Assembly (NCBI GenBank): GCA_963813715.1
Contig: CAWFAK010000014.1
Coordinates: 64,001 to 128,000 of the forward strand
Length of the DNA stretch: 64,000 bases
Direction of reading: 5' to 3'
Origin: an uncultured Planctomycetaceae bacterium
GTDB lineage: Bacteria > Planctomycetota > Planctomycetia > Planctomycetales > Planctomycetaceae
This document shows, piece by piece, positions 1 to 11,297 of this stretch; within the stretch, counting starts at the first letter, position 1, and every line of letters starts with the position of its first letter. A model generated the notes under the pieces. That model was not told where the DNA came from. It worked only from the letters and a program-made list of their open reading frames with translations, and ran no database searches. Position numbers and translations under genes: made by a program.

Positions 1-41
1 GGCGACGATTTCGACGGAGCCCAAGCGACAACCATCAATCC

Positions 42-854
42 ATGTGCGTCTTCTCGGTCGTCTATCGCGTCTTCCCTGATTGTCCGATCTTCGTGCTGAC
101 CAACCGGGACGAATCGACCGCGCGGCCGACGCTGTCTCCTCGCCGCTTTGACGCGACCACGCCGCACGGTGCCCACTGGTTTGGCGGCGCCGACCAGCGA
201 GCGGGAGGAACGTGGCTCGGCGTCAACGAGCACGGCTTGCTGGCGGCCGTGACTAATCGAAAGACGACCACACCGCCGCCGAATCCGCGTTCGCGCGGCT
301 TGCTGTGTCGAGATGTGCTCGAGCAGTCGTCGGCAGAGAGTGCGCTCGACAGGGTGCGTGGCGAACTCGCGGCCCACGAGTACGCCGGCTTCAACCTGAT
401 TCTGTTGACGTTCCGATCAGCTTTCGTCCTTGAGCACGCGGATGAGCCGCGGATCTACGCGCTCGAACCGGGTGTTCACACGATCGGCAACGGTCGCCTC
501 GACGCGGCGGATGACGGCCGGGTCCAACGCTGCCAAAAACGAGTCGAAGCGCTGGTGACCGCCGGACACCGTCGCCCGTGGACGAACTCGATCGAGCCGG
601 CCGAAGCAATTTGTCGATTGCACGAGGAACCGGGGGTCCCGGGGATTCTGTCTGCACGGTGTGGATTGGGGGACGGTTGGCTCGACTATCATCGGGTTGC
701 CGCTGGACGTGAGCCAATCGGTCTATCATTATGCAGCGGGGCCGCCCTGCAGCACGGCTTACGTCGATTACAGCCAGTCCTCCATTGTTGGTCCGTTCCT
801 GAATCTGACAATCGGTTGAAACCGCGGCCGACTCGAATCCGTAAACTCCTCTGA
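42..854 (+). CDS. NRDE/TANGO2-family protein (frameshift near 645; true 3' end approximate)
   Basis: N-terminal MC...NRDE motif, GGTWLG.N..G...A.TN and SRG motifs; the family-like C-terminus (CLHGVDWGTVGSTII...YHYAAGPPC) continues in another frame after ~645. Confidence 0.85.
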   Translation: MCVFSVVYRVFPDCPIFVLTNRDESTARPTLSPRRFDATTPHGAHWFGGADQRAGGTWLGVNEHGLLAAVTNRKTTTPPPNPRSRGLLCRDVLEQSSAESALDRVRGELAAHEYAGFNLILLTFRSAFVLEHADEPRIYALEPGVHTIGNGRLDAADDGRVQRCQKRVEALVTAGHRRPWTNSIEPAEAICRLHEEPGVPGILSARCGLGDGWLDYHRVAAGREPIGLSLCSGAALQHGLRRLQPVLHCWSVPESDNRLKPRPTRIRKLL

Positions 855-953
855 ACGCCGCCAAATTGACGGTGATTGTCCGCGCCCGCTTCTCCCGCTT
901 TCGACACGAGCAAGGGCGCAACCCAGTCAAAGCAGAATAAGGTCCATTCGCGC

Positions 954-2924
954 ATGCGGAATCGAACACGGAATTTGTTCGCAGCCATCTGCCCTTTGAT
1001 GCTCGTGGCCGGTGCGGTCTGCGCGGCGCGGAGAACGCGGCTCAGCCGCCCAAGTTCGACCTGCGCGAGCTCAAGATGCTCGACGTGCAGGGGGAGCGGC
1101 ATGACCTGGTGGCCGACGAGTCTCGCGGCACGGTGTTGGTCTTTCTGTCGAGCGAGTGTCCCATTTCGCGGCAATACGTACCCGAACTGAACCGGCTGGC
1201 GAAAACGGCGGCCGAACGCAAGCTGGCGTTTTACGGCATCGTTTCGGACGCCGGGGTCACGCGGGCCGACGCGCGGAAGTTCGTCGTCGAATTTCACGTT
1301 GCGTTTCCCGTCCTGTTCGACGGTTCGCGCGAGCTGGGCGCGTTGTTTGGGCCCGATCACGTTCCGCAGGCGTTTCTGGTCGACAGCCGCGGGAGCCTGC
1401 AATATCGCGGGCGGATCGACGACCTGTACGCCGACGTCGACAAGCGGCGCACCGAGCCCTCGCAGCGCGATCTGTTGGCCGCGATCATCGCCGTGGCCGA
1501 AGGGAAACCGGTCGCCACGCCGCGAACCGAGGCGATCGGCTGCCCGTTCGAGTTGCCGAAAGCGGAATCGGCGTCGTCCAAAGTCACCTATGCCCGCGAC
1601 ATCGCACCGATTCTGTTTGCGCACTGTGCTGAATGTCACCGGCCGGGCGAGGTCGCTCCCTTCTCGCTCCAGACCTATCAAGAGGCGGCCAAGCGGGCGA
1701 AGGGCCTGGTTCGCGCCACCGAGCGACGGTTGATGCCTCCCTGGCGGGCCGACGTGCACTACGGCGATTTTCTCGGTGAGCGTCGGCTGACGGAGCGGCA
1801 GATCGCATTGGTCAAAGCGTGGGCCGATGCGGGCGCGCCCGAAGGCAACGCTGCCGACCTGCCGCCGCAGCCCAAGTTTCCCGAAGGATGGCGGCTCGGT
1901 ACTCCGGATCTAGTCGTTTCAGTCCCTGTGCGTTACACCGTGCCGGCCGACGGACCCGACATCTTTCAGCACTTCGTGATGCCGCTGAACTTGCCCAAGG
2001 ACCAGACCGTGGTGGCGTTCGAGTTTCGTCCCGGTAATCCGGCGGTTGTGCATCACTCGATCGTGGCCATCGATACTCGGGGCGGCGCTCGACTCCGCGA
2101 TGCGCAAACTCCCGAACCCGGCTGGCGGACCTCCGGATCGATCGACGCCTCGATCACTGGAATTCTCGGCGTCTGGACGCCGGGGATGACGCCCCGCTTC
2201 TATCCGCAAGACGTCGGCGTGGCGCTCGACAAAGGAGCCGACATGGTGGTGCAGTTGCATCTGCATCCGACGGGCAAGGTCGAGACGGATCAGTCGAAGA
2301 TCGCACTCTACTTCGCCAAGAAGCCCGTGAAGAAAGTGATGTCGCGGGCCCCGCTCTTGTTGGGCACGCTGGTGATCGAAATCCCGCCGGGCGAGACGCG
2401 CTATCGCACGGGCTCTTCGGTGACGCTCCCCGTCGATTGCACACTGACCTCGGTCTTTCCCCACATGCACATGATCGGCAAGGAGATGAAGGTCACCGCG
2501 ACATTGCCGGATAAGAGCGTCAAGCCCCTGATCTGGATCAAGGACTGGAACTTCTACTGGCAGGATAGCTATGTCTATCGCGAACCGGTGAAGTTGCCGA
2601 AGGGAACCGTCGTCACTATCGACGCGTATTACGACAACTCGGCCGCGAATGCGTTCAATCCACATCGGCCGCCGCAACGGGTGCTGTTTGGCAACGACAC
2701 CACGGACGAAATGTGCTTCGCTCTGTTCCAGACCGTGGCCGATGCGCCCGGCGGTTCGCGGCGGATATTCGGCTCGATGATGCGCAGCTTCATGGACCAG
2801 TGGCAGACGGCCAAGCTCTCGCCGGATGCGCGGGCCAGAATCCTCGGCGAGGCGATCAAGCTGTTCGGCGGCGGCGCTGCGCGGACGCCAGCAACAGGTC
2901 CATCCGGAAAGCGTGGTCCGCTAG
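954..2924 (+). CDS. Secreted redoxin + cytochrome c (CxxCH) + copper monooxygenase (PHM/DBH-like) multidomain protein; ends approximate because of frameshifts
   Basis: Signal peptide from ATG 954; FLSSECP/YRGRIDD/GC redoxin motifs; CAECH heme motif; VVHH, HLH, PHMH and DEMC copper-ligand motifs. ORF 1076..4285 runs into the next gene, implying a missed stop near 2900-3015. Confidence 0.8.
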
Positions 2925-3148
2925 GGCGCTCTGCCACAGCCTTTCTGCCGTCGGCGTCCCGTCGCGCGATTCCGCGGCAGCGGTCAATGCGACCTATCGC
3001 CGCGCGGGGCAGTGAGCCTGCGCCGTGTGGCTCTGCAATCGCCACTCCACGACTCGACGCAGGCGAGCGCCGGTTGGATCCGCCCACAGCGTTCTCACAT
3101 GTGCCTTCCGCCGACAGACTCACTCCCTGCGGCTCGGGCTTCAAACTG

Positions 3149-3164
3149 CGGAATGAAAGTTGCG
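3149..3164 (+). promoter_or_regulatory. Possible sigma-54 -24/-12 promoter
   Basis: CGGAATGAAAGTTGCG has GG-N10-GC spacing with TTGC, ~70 bp upstream of ATG 3233. Confidence 0.3.
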
Positions 3165-3232
3165 TTGTCATTGAAATGGTTTTTTTTGCGAATTGGGGTT
3201 GGAGTGCACAAACGGCCCCGGGGGATACAGCC

Positions 3233-4285
3233 ATGGGACGCTTTTTTCTGAAATTCACGGCCGGCCTGACTGGTCTGGGATTGGCCGGTTTGGTGGGTGT
3301 CGCGTCGGCTCAACCCGGAGGTAACCCGGGAAGCGCCGCAGGGCGCGGGGTTTCGACGACAACGCAGACCGCGGCTCCTTCGCCAGGGCAGGTGGGCCCT
3401 CCGGGCGGAAATATCGGTAGCGGGAGCGCGAGCAATCAAGGCTTAAGCCAAGGAACGCCCGGCGGAGCACCTGTCACGTCGGGCGTTGGGCCGGGTGGTG
3501 GGAACTTTCAACCCGGAGCGACGACCGCGGGCACGGCCGGCAGCTATGGGCGCTTTGTAACTCAGCCGTTTAACGGCGGAACGCCGAGCATGTTTGGCAA
3601 TACGCCGGGCATGTTTGGAAGCACGGGCACGACAACGAATGGCGGCATGCAACCCACTCCGCTGGGTGGCGAGCCGCGCGCCTTCGGTAATGCACCCGTG
3701 GGCACGCCGCTGGGCGACTTTCAGGCCGGCGGCGTCAACGCTCCGTATGGCACTCCCGGAGCGAATGGCGTCTACGCGGGAAATACCTCCGGCGTGGCCA
3801 CGTATCCGGGGACTCTGGGCGGAGCCTACGGCAATTTCGGCAGCGGCTATGTCAACAATGACACGGGCTACCGCGGCTACAGTCCCTACTACGGAAACAA
3901 TAACGGCAACGGCCTGACGGCCCAGGGATCGGCGTTCCAACAATCCAACAACACCACGAACGGGTACGGCGGGCTTGCCTACAACACGCCTTACAACGGA
4001 GCCCTTTACGGTACGGTCCCCTATGGAATGAACACGTACGCAGCCGGTGGGCCAGGAGTCGAGTACCTGGGATATCCGAATGCGGCAACGCCGGGGTCGT
4101 ATCCGCCATGGAATCCAGCCGGCGCGTCAACGGCGTACGCGCCGCAGGCCTACAACTACGGAATAGGGGCGGCGCCGAGTTGGCCGGGGGTCGGCAACCT
4201 GGGTTACCCGAACCCGGCTTCGTCCGGTTCCTATCCACAGGCGGCTCCGGCGTTCACGCCATCGGCCTACTACGGCTGGTTCTAA
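3233..4285 (+). CDS. Secreted Gly/Tyr/Asn/Pro-rich low-complexity protein
   Basis: RBS-like GGGGA before the ATG; signal peptide MGRFFLKFTAGLTGLGLAGLVGVASA; low-complexity body ending YYGWF. Confidence 0.75.
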   Translation: MGRFFLKFTAGLTGLGLAGLVGVASAQPGGNPGSAAGRGVSTTTQTAAPSPGQVGPPGGNIGSGSASNQGLSQGTPGGAPVTSGVGPGGGNFQPGATTAGTAGSYGRFVTQPFNGGTPSMFGNTPGMFGSTGTTTNGGMQPTPLGGEPRAFGNAPVGTPLGDFQAGGVNAPYGTPGANGVYAGNTSGVATYPGTLGGAYGNFGSGYVNNDTGYRGYSPYYGNNNGNGLTAQGSAFQQSNNTTNGYGGLAYNTPYNGALYGTVPYGMNTYAAGGPGVEYLGYPNAATPGSYPPWNPAGASTAYAPQAYNYGIGAAPSWPGVGNLGYPNPASSGSYPQAAPAFTPSAYYGWF

Positions 4286-4312
4286 CGGCCACATGAGCAA
4301 TTGATTAGGAAC

Positions 4313-4348
4313 GGTCAGCCTCTGTTCAGCAAGCTGACCCTTTTCTTT
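4313..4348 (+). terminator. Rho-independent terminator
   Basis: GGTCAGC...GCTGACC stem followed by CTTTTCTTT. Confidence 0.6.
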
Positions 4349-4543
4349 CGAGACTTGATAAGCCAGGAGTGGCTGCCGCTATACTGAGCTTTCTTCAAGG
4401 CCGGGCACGTCCGACCACGCGAGTTTCGGCACTTTCCGCCCGGCTAATTTCCCGCCGATCGTCGTAATCCTCGCAACAACTTAACGCCGCCGTTGAACTC
4501 TCGAGTCACCTGTTCGCCGGGAGAACGGTCAAGGAATTGACGA

Positions 4544-5404
4544 ATGGCCAAAGGGCAATCGCGAACTGCCGCCATCTTGAAGAAGTATGAGGACGAGCTC
4601 CTCTCCGATTGGATGAGGCACTTGGCCGCGAGCTCGGGCAAGGACTCCCGGCTCAGCGAAGAGAAGGTGCGCGGTCAAGCCAGGGAGTTTTTGTCGCTGC
4701 TGCTGCAAGCGACGCAAAGCGGCGACATCAACGACACTTCCGGCGCCCACTGGAAGGAAGTCGGCGCGTTCTTGGATGAATTGTCGCGGGAGCGGGTGCA
4801 GCAGGGCTTTAGCTCCGATCAGACGGCGATGTTCGTCTTCTCGCTCAAGCGGCCCCTCTTCGACCGGCTGCGGAGCGAGTTCGGCAAGGATCCGGAAGCG
4901 CTCGCCGAGGAGACGTGGACCACGACCGAGCTCCTCGACAGGATGGGCTTGCTGACGGTGAAGGCCTTCCAGAAGTCGAGGGAGGAGGTCATCAACCGGC
5001 AGCAGGAGGAACTGCTCGAGCTCTCGACGCCCGTCGTGAAGCTGTGGGATGGGGTCCTGGCAGTGCCGATGATCGGCACGCTCGACAGCGCGCGGACGCA
5101 GCTGGTGATGGAATCGCTCTTGCAGCGGATTGTCGAGCTGGGAGCCGAGATCGCCATTATCGACATCACCGGCGTGCCGACCGTCGACACGCTGGTCGCG
5201 CAGCACCTGCTCAAAACGGTCACGGCCATCCGCTTGATGGGGGCCGACTGCATCATTAGCGGCGTGCGGCCGCAGATCGCCCAGACGATCGTTCACCTGG
5301 GGGTCGATCTGCAAGGTGTCACGACTAAGGCCAACCTGGCCGACGCGCTGTCGCTGGCCCTCAAGCAATCCGGCTATTTAGTCAGCAAGAACGGCAAGGC
5401 ATAA
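4544..5404 (+). CDS. rsbR: Stressosome protein RsbR (N-terminal globin-like RsbRD_N domain + STAS)
   Basis: ELSTPVVKLWDGVLAVPMIGTLDSAR...IIDITGVPTVDTLVAQHL STAS signature. Confidence 0.93.
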   Translation: MAKGQSRTAAILKKYEDELLSDWMRHLAASSGKDSRLSEEKVRGQAREFLSLLLQATQSGDINDTSGAHWKEVGAFLDELSRERVQQGFSSDQTAMFVFSLKRPLFDRLRSEFGKDPEALAEETWTTTELLDRMGLLTVKAFQKSREEVINRQQEELLELSTPVVKLWDGVLAVPMIGTLDSARTQLVMESLLQRIVELGAEIAIIDITGVPTVDTLVAQHLLKTVTAIRLMGADCIISGVRPQIAQTIVHLGVDLQGVTTKANLADALSLALKQSGYLVSKNGKA

Positions 5405-5426
5405 CGGGGGGGCGGGGCCGAACGTT

Positions 5427-5801
5427 ATGGAGCGCATACCAATTCTGCGGATGGGCGAGTTTCTGCTCGTCACCATCCAGGTCGACATGCACGACCAGCT
5501 CGCGCTGACGCTGCAGGAAGACCTGACGACGCAGATCGAAAAGACGGGTGCCCACGGCGTGCTGATCGACATTTCGGCCCTTGAGATGGTCGACTCGTTC
5601 ATCGGCCGCATGATCGCGAATATCTCCGGGATGTCGCGGATTCTGGATGCGCACACCGTCGTAGTCGGCATGCAGCCGGCGGTGGCGATTACGTTGGTCG
5701 AGCTGGGCCTGTCCTTGCCCGGCGTGAAGACGGCCCTGAACGTGGAGCGCGGCATGCGCTACCTGCGGGGGCTCGCCGAGAATGGGGAGGTCGGTCATTG
5801 A
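5427..5801 (+). CDS. rsbS: Stressosome scaffold RsbS (STAS)
   Basis: MERIPIL...IDISALEMVDSFIGR...VVGMQPAVAITLVELG; conserved phospho-Ser in DS. Confidence 0.93.
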   Translation: MERIPILRMGEFLLVTIQVDMHDQLALTLQEDLTTQIEKTGAHGVLIDISALEMVDSFIGRMIANISGMSRILDAHTVVVGMQPAVAITLVELGLSLPGVKTALNVERGMRYLRGLAENGEVGH

Positions 5802-6202
5802 CCGCCATCAATGCTGACAGCCTCCCCGTGCTGTGCGAGCAGGACGTCGTGTTGGCCCGCCAGATGGTCCGCAAGCTGGCCCGAGACATGAGTTTCAGCC
5901 TGGTCGATCAGACCAAGATCGTCACCGCGGCGAGCGAGCTGGCGCGCAACGCGTTGATTCACGGCGGCGGTGGGTTCATGTCCTGGGAGTTCCTGGCTGA
6001 CGGTTCGAAGAAAGGCCTCCGCCTCACTTTTGCCGACAAGGGTCCGGGGATTGCAAACCTGGAACTGGCGATGACCGACGGCTGGACGAGCGGCACGGGA
6101 CTTGGAATGGGCCTCTCCGGTACCAAGCGGCTGGTCAATGATTTCGAGATCGAAAGCCAGGTCGGCAAAGGAACGCGGGTGGCGATCACCCGTTGGAAAT
6201 AA
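5798..6202 (+). CDS. rsbT: Stressosome switch kinase RsbT
   Basis: TKIVTAASELARN, D.GPGI, GLGMGL.G.KRLV GHKL motifs; overlaps the rsbS stop. Confidence 0.92.
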   Translation: MTAINADSLPVLCEQDVVLARQMVRKLARDMSFSLVDQTKIVTAASELARNALIHGGGGFMSWEFLADGSKKGLRLTFADKGPGIANLELAMTDGWTSGTGLGMGLSGTKRLVNDFEIESQVGKGTRVAITRWK

Positions 6203-6217
6203 AGAACTCCGCATCCG

Positions 6218-7318
6218 ATGAAGGCGGCTCAAGCAGTGATCCCGGTCGCCGACTCGAGCCACGTCGGAGAGGTTCGCCGGCGAGTCAATCAGCTGGCCTC
6301 CGACGCCGGGTTGCCCGAAGCGGAAATCGGCAAAGCCGCTATTGTGGCGACCGAGCTGGCCACGAACCTGGTACGCTACGCGGCCGACGGCGAAATGATC
6401 GTCAGCTGCGTAACTGCCGCCGGACCGCGCGGCGGCCAGAGTCCGGCGCCGACGCTGCCGACGCCTCCACCCAGCCGGGCTGGATCGAAATGATCTCCGT
6501 CGACCGCGGCCCCGGGATGGGCGACCTTGGCCGCTGCCTCGACGACGGCTTTTCTTCCGGCGGCGGCGCGGGCGAAGGCCTGGGCGCGGTGCGCCGCCTG
6601 TCGACTGAGTGGGACGTTTACTCGCGGCCGGCCACGGAAACCGGGACCAACAGCGGCGGCGGCACAATCGTCTTTTCGCGGATTGCGACGCGGCAAACAC
6701 GGCCCTCGTCCGCTGCCTTTTCCTGGGGCGTCGTCAGTCGGCCCGCCCCGCAGGAACGACTTTGCGGCGATGGATGGCGCGCTGGCCGAACGCAACGGCG
6801 AATTGACGCTGATGGTGGTCGACGGTCTGGGCCACGGGCCGGAAGCCGCGGCGGCAGCCGAGGAGGCGGCCGACGTCTTCGACTGTGACCCGTTTGCCCC
6901 GCTTCCGCTGATGATGCAAAATGCAGGTGTCCGCTTGCAGGGGACGCGGGGCGGTGCGATGGCGGCCGCCAGGATCGACGGGACCAGCCGCATTTTGAGG
7001 TTTGTGGGCGTCGGCAACATCGCCGCCCATTTGCGTTCGCGCGCCGCAACGGACGGACGCGGCCTGGTCTCCCACAACGGGATCGTCGGGGGAACCGTCC
7101 GCAAGATTCAGGAATTTGAGTACGAGTGTCCCGTCGATGGGCTGTTGATCCTGCATTCGGACGGACTGCAGAGCCGTTGGGACCTGGAACGCTACGCGGG
7201 TTTGCTGGCACGGCATCCGGCGGTGATCGCCGGCGTGCTTTATCGTGATTACACGCGCGGGCGGGATGACGTCACGGTGGCCGTCGTCCGCCTCTCCTTG
7301 GCGGGATCAAAAGCGTGA
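6218..7318 (+). CDS. RsbT-like ATP-binding + SpoIIE/PP2C phosphatase fusion (RsbX-like); frameshifts ~6440 and ~6780
   Basis: ATELATNL, DRGPG, GEGLGAVRRLS, then CGDGW, VVDGLGHG, GVGNI, SDGL and DDVT PP2C motifs, spread over three frames. Confidence 0.85.
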
Positions 7319-8268
7319 CGGAGCCGATGCCGGACAATCACGCCGCTTTCGAGCGCCTCGAACAGGAGCTGCGCGCGCTGAGGCTGCGGCTCGGCGAGCG
7401 CGAGCGGGAGATCGAGCAACTCAACATCGAGCTGGCCGAGACCAACAAAGGCGTTGTCGCCCTCTATGCCGAGCTGGACGACAAGGCCGAAGCGCTGCGT
7501 GAAGCCTCCGACCTCAAGAGTCGCTTCCTCTCCTACATGAGCCACGAATTCCGCACGCCGCTGGGGGCCATCCGCAGCCTGACGCGGCTGTTGCTTGACC
7601 GAATGGACGGTCCCCTGACGGTCGAGCAGGAAAAACAGGTGCTTCTCTGCCAGAAATCGGCGGTCGAGCTGAGCGAAATGGTCGACGACCTGCTCGACCT
7701 GGCCAAAATCGAGGCGGGCCGGATCAGCATCTCGCCGGCCTGGTTTGAGATGGTGGACTTGTTCGCGGCGCTACGGGGCATGTTCAAGCCGCTACTCACC
7801 TTGACGACGGTCTCACTGGTCTTTGAAGAGCCACGCGACGTCCCGCGGATTTATACCGACGATAAGCGCTTGTCGCAGATTTTGCGAAACTACATTTCCA
7901 ACGCCCTCAAGTTCACGCAAGAGGGCGAGGTCCGGGTGCGGGTCCAGCCGGAGGGGAGCGAGGCCGTCACGTTCAGCGTCACGGACACTGGCATTGGGAT
8001 TGCAAATGAGTATCACGCCGCCATCTTCCAGGACTTCGTCCAGGTCGATTCTCCGCTGCAGCGGCGGTGGCGGGGCACGGGCCTTGGTCTTTCTTTGAGC
8101 AAGAAGATCGCGGAGCTGCTCGGAGGAAGCGTCGGCATGTCGAGCGAGCCGGGCGTCGGCTCGACATTCTTTGTCACCATTCCGATTCGTTTCGAGGAGC
8201 AACCGGCCGCGGGTGATACCAAGCCGTCGGCGCAGCCCGGCAACGAGAGAACATCGCATGTCCAATAG
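7315..8268 (+). CDS. Cytoplasmic sensor histidine kinase (stressosome-associated)
   Basis: [13 protein letters not shown] coiled coil, H-box [26 protein letters not shown]. Confidence 0.92.
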   Translation: MTEPMPDNHAAFERLEQELRALRLRLGEREREIEQLNIELAETNKGVVALYAELDDKAEALREASDLKSRFLSYMSHEFRTPLGAIRSLTRLLLDRMDGPLTVEQEKQVLLCQKSAVELSEMVDDLLDLAKIEAGRISISPAWFEMVDLFAALRGMFKPLLTLTTVSLVFEEPRDVPRIYTDDKRLSQILRNYISNALKFTQEGEVRVRVQPEGSEAVTFSVTDTGIGIANEYHAAIFQDFVQVDSPLQRRWRGTGLGLSLSKKIAELLGGSVGMSSEPGVGSTFFVTIPIRFEEQPAAGDTKPSAQPGNERTSHVQ

Positions 8269-10212
8269 CTCCGCGAAGATTCTGGTGGTCGACGACAATC
8301 CAGCCACACTCTATGCCACCTCCCGGGTGCTCAAAGGTGCTGGGTTCAACGTGCTCGAGGCCGAGACGGGCGAAGCGGCCATTTCGACTGCCCAAAAGGA
8401 GATCGTTGACCTGGTCGTGCTGGACGTCAATCTGCCGGACATCGACGGCTTCGAGGTCTGTCGCCGGCTCCGCCGCCTCGATCGGCTGAGCCGCACGCCG
8501 GTCATCCACCTGTCGGCCACGTTCGTGAGAGACACAGACAAGGTGCAGGGGCTGGAAGGGGGGGCCGATGGTTATCTGACGCACCCCGTCGAGCCGCCCG
8601 TACTGATCGCGACGGTGAACGCGTTTCTGCGCGCTCAAGAAGCCGATCGCGTTCGACGCCTCCGCGAGCTCGAATTCAAGGCGATCTTCGAACGGGCCCT
8701 CAATGGCATCGCCCTCATCTCCGACGATCTGCTGTTTATCGATGTGAACCCGTCGATGTGCGAGATGCTGCAAGGGCCGCGCGAGTCGATCATTCCCAAA
8801 TCGGTGCTGGACTTCACGCTGGCCGATCGTCGCGAAGAAGCTCTGGAGATTTTTCACCGCCTCGCGCAAGAACGGACGTGGCGGGGAATCTTTCCGCTGC
8901 GGGCGGCCGACGGCCAGACGGTTTATCTCGACTGGAATCTGTCCCAGCACTCGACCCCGGGCCGCTGGCTGGCCGTAGTGAGCGACATCACCGCGCGGCT
9001 CGCGATTGAGCGCGAGCGGGAAGAGTTGCTCGCGAGCGAGCGGGCGGCCCGCACCGACGCCGAACGCGCCAATCGCCTCAAGGACGACTTTTTGGCCACG
9101 CTCTCCCACGAGCTGCGAACGCCCCTCAACGCCATCGTCGGCTGGGCGGAGCTACTGAAGTTGGGGCAATTTGAACGAGATCGACGCGCGGAGCGCAGTC
9201 GAAGCCATCGATCGCAACGCGCGGCGCAGGCCCAGATGATTTCCGACTGCTTGACGTCGCCCGGATCAGCTCGGGCAAGATTCGGCTCGACGTGCACCCG
9301 GTCGACCCGTCGACCGTCGTGGAGGCGGCGCTCGAAACTGTAATGCCGTCGATCGAGGCGAAAGAAATTCGCCTGGTCAAAGCCATCGACTCGCGGGCGA
9401 CGCCCGTCAGCGCCGACACGGGCCGATTGCAGCAGGTGATCTGGAACCTCATGAGCAACGCGGTCAAATTCACGCCGCGGGGCGGCAAGATCGAGATCGC
9501 GCTCGAGCGGAGCAACTTGAACGTCACGCTTTCTGTGACCGACGACGGCCAGGGGATTCCGGCCGAACTGCTCCCCTCGGTTTTTGACCGTTTTCGCCAG
9601 GGAGATGCGTCGACGACGCGGAATGAGGGAGGACTGGGTCTGGGCCTGGCGATTGCCAAACAAATCGTCGAATTGCACGGCGGCACGATTGAGGCGGAAA
9701 GCCCCGGCAAAGGGCAGGGGGCGACGTTTCGCGTGACGCTCCCGCTCACGTCCCACAAGGCCGGCGAACGTTCGGCGGTCGCGCGGCCGCAGCGTTCCTC
9801 GCTGATCGGTGTCGAAGACACGCGCTCCCGGTTGTCGGGCGTGCGGGTGCTGATCGTCGATGACGATGCCGATGCTCGCAGCCTCACCCGGCGAGTTCTC
9901 ACGGACTACGGAGCCGATCCCGCCGTGGCCGAAGACGTCGATGAGGCATTGGCGACCCTCGACCAGTTCGCGCCCCACGTGCTCGTGAGTGACTTGGGCA
10001 TGCCCGCGCAAGATGGCTTCCATCTGATCCGCGAAGTCCGTGCCCGCGGCTACTCGTTCCAAAAGTTGCCGGCAATTGCCCTCACCGCGTTCGCTCGCAC
10101 CGAGGACCGCCAAAAAGCCCTCCGCGCCGGCTTTCAGCTGCATCTCGTCAAACCCGTCGACGCCGGCGAACTGTCCGCGGCGATCGCGGCGCTCCTGGGC
10201 CGCACTGACTGA
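8258..10212 (+). CDS. Hybrid REC-PAS-HisKA-HATPase-REC histidine kinase (frameshifts ~9170-9260)
   Basis: [16 protein letters not shown] receiver, [25 protein letters not shown], and a C-terminal VLIVDD/SDLGMP receiver. Confidence 0.88.
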
Positions 10213-10406
10213 AAAGCTTGGCTGCAGCGTCGATCGCAGGCTGGGCTTCTGATTCTTCACAGGGTGTGCCTCGATTTTTGCTTTGGTGCAGTTGCGGCAC
10301 CAATGTGCTATTATTTGCGCACATCGGGGGCTCGGGCGAACGACGCCGCATCGGGCGGCCCTCGTTCCGTCGCATCCAATCCCAATCCCTATCTCTGGAG
10401 GCCGTG

Positions 10407-11115
10407 ATGCAACGCCTTTCGATGACAAGTCGGTGGATCAAGAGTTTTTCTTGCGGCTGCCTCTTCGTGATCGCCTGGGGCGTCGGTCCGCTCGCTTGGG
10501 CACGCGAAACTGTGATCACGCCCGACTTGTTGCGAATCGAGGACCCCAAGAGTTGGCGGCTGATTAACGGCGACTGCCAGGCGGCGACGGAAGGGGGCAA
10601 GAGCGTCCTGCATCTGGGGCCGAAGATCAAAGCGACGACGGGCAGCAGCGCCGCGCTCGCGTTGGTCGAGGGAGTGGAGTTCAGCGAAGGCACGCTTGAG
10701 CTCGACCTCAAGGGGCGGGGCAAGATCGAGCGGTGCTTTTTGGGTGTGGCCTTCAACGTCGCCGATGGCAAAACATTCGAGGCGGTTTACTTTCGGCCGT
10801 TCAATTTCTTCCGCGAGGGATTTCAGGACCATTCCGTGCAGTATGTCTCCTGGCCCGTGAATAGCTGGGAAAAACTCCGCAGCGAGAACCCCGGGACAAT
10901 TCGAGTCCACCGTCAAACCCGTTCCCGACCCGAGCGGCTGGTTTCACGCTCGCATCGAGGTCACCAAGCAAAAAGTGAGCGTCTGGGTCGACGACGCCCG
11001 CCAGCCATCTCTGGTGGTGAATCGTCTGGCCGGCCGTGAAAAGGGAGGGATCGGCCTGTGGGTCGACAGCCGCGGCGGCACCTTTCGCAACTTCAAGATC
11101 ATCCCCACGAAATAG
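10407..11115 (+). CDS. Secreted DUF1080-like (lectin-fold / 3-keto-glycoside hydrolase-like) protein; frameshift ~10898
   Basis: Signal peptide; FSEGTLELDLKG, FLGVAF, YFRPFNF, WFHARIEV, GGIGLWV. Confidence 0.7.
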
Positions 11116-11219
11116 CGAACGGATGCACCGGGCAGAGCGTGAACTGCTTGTTGTAACCTCCTGTTGCGGAATGGCTTCCGCGTTCGTTTTGGGGTCCACC
11201 GAAAAATCCCCTTAAGCCG

Positions 11220-11252
11220 TGTCACAACCTTGGCGTCCGCCGGTATTGGGTT
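11220..11252 (+). promoter_or_regulatory. ECF-type bipartite promoter motif, copy 1
   Basis: TGTCAC-N15-CGGTATTGGGTT, 45 bp upstream of ATG 11298; identical spacing in two other copies. Confidence 0.7.
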
Positions 11253-11297
11253 CAACGACGAACGATCCCAACCGACCCAACCGCTGAGGACCCTGAC

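Noticed and set aside
1076..4285. 1069-aa fusion of the monooxygenase to the Gly-rich domain
   Set aside because: The linker (2900-3230) looks intergenic, and 3233 has its own RBS and signal peptide; a missed stop from an indel is more likely
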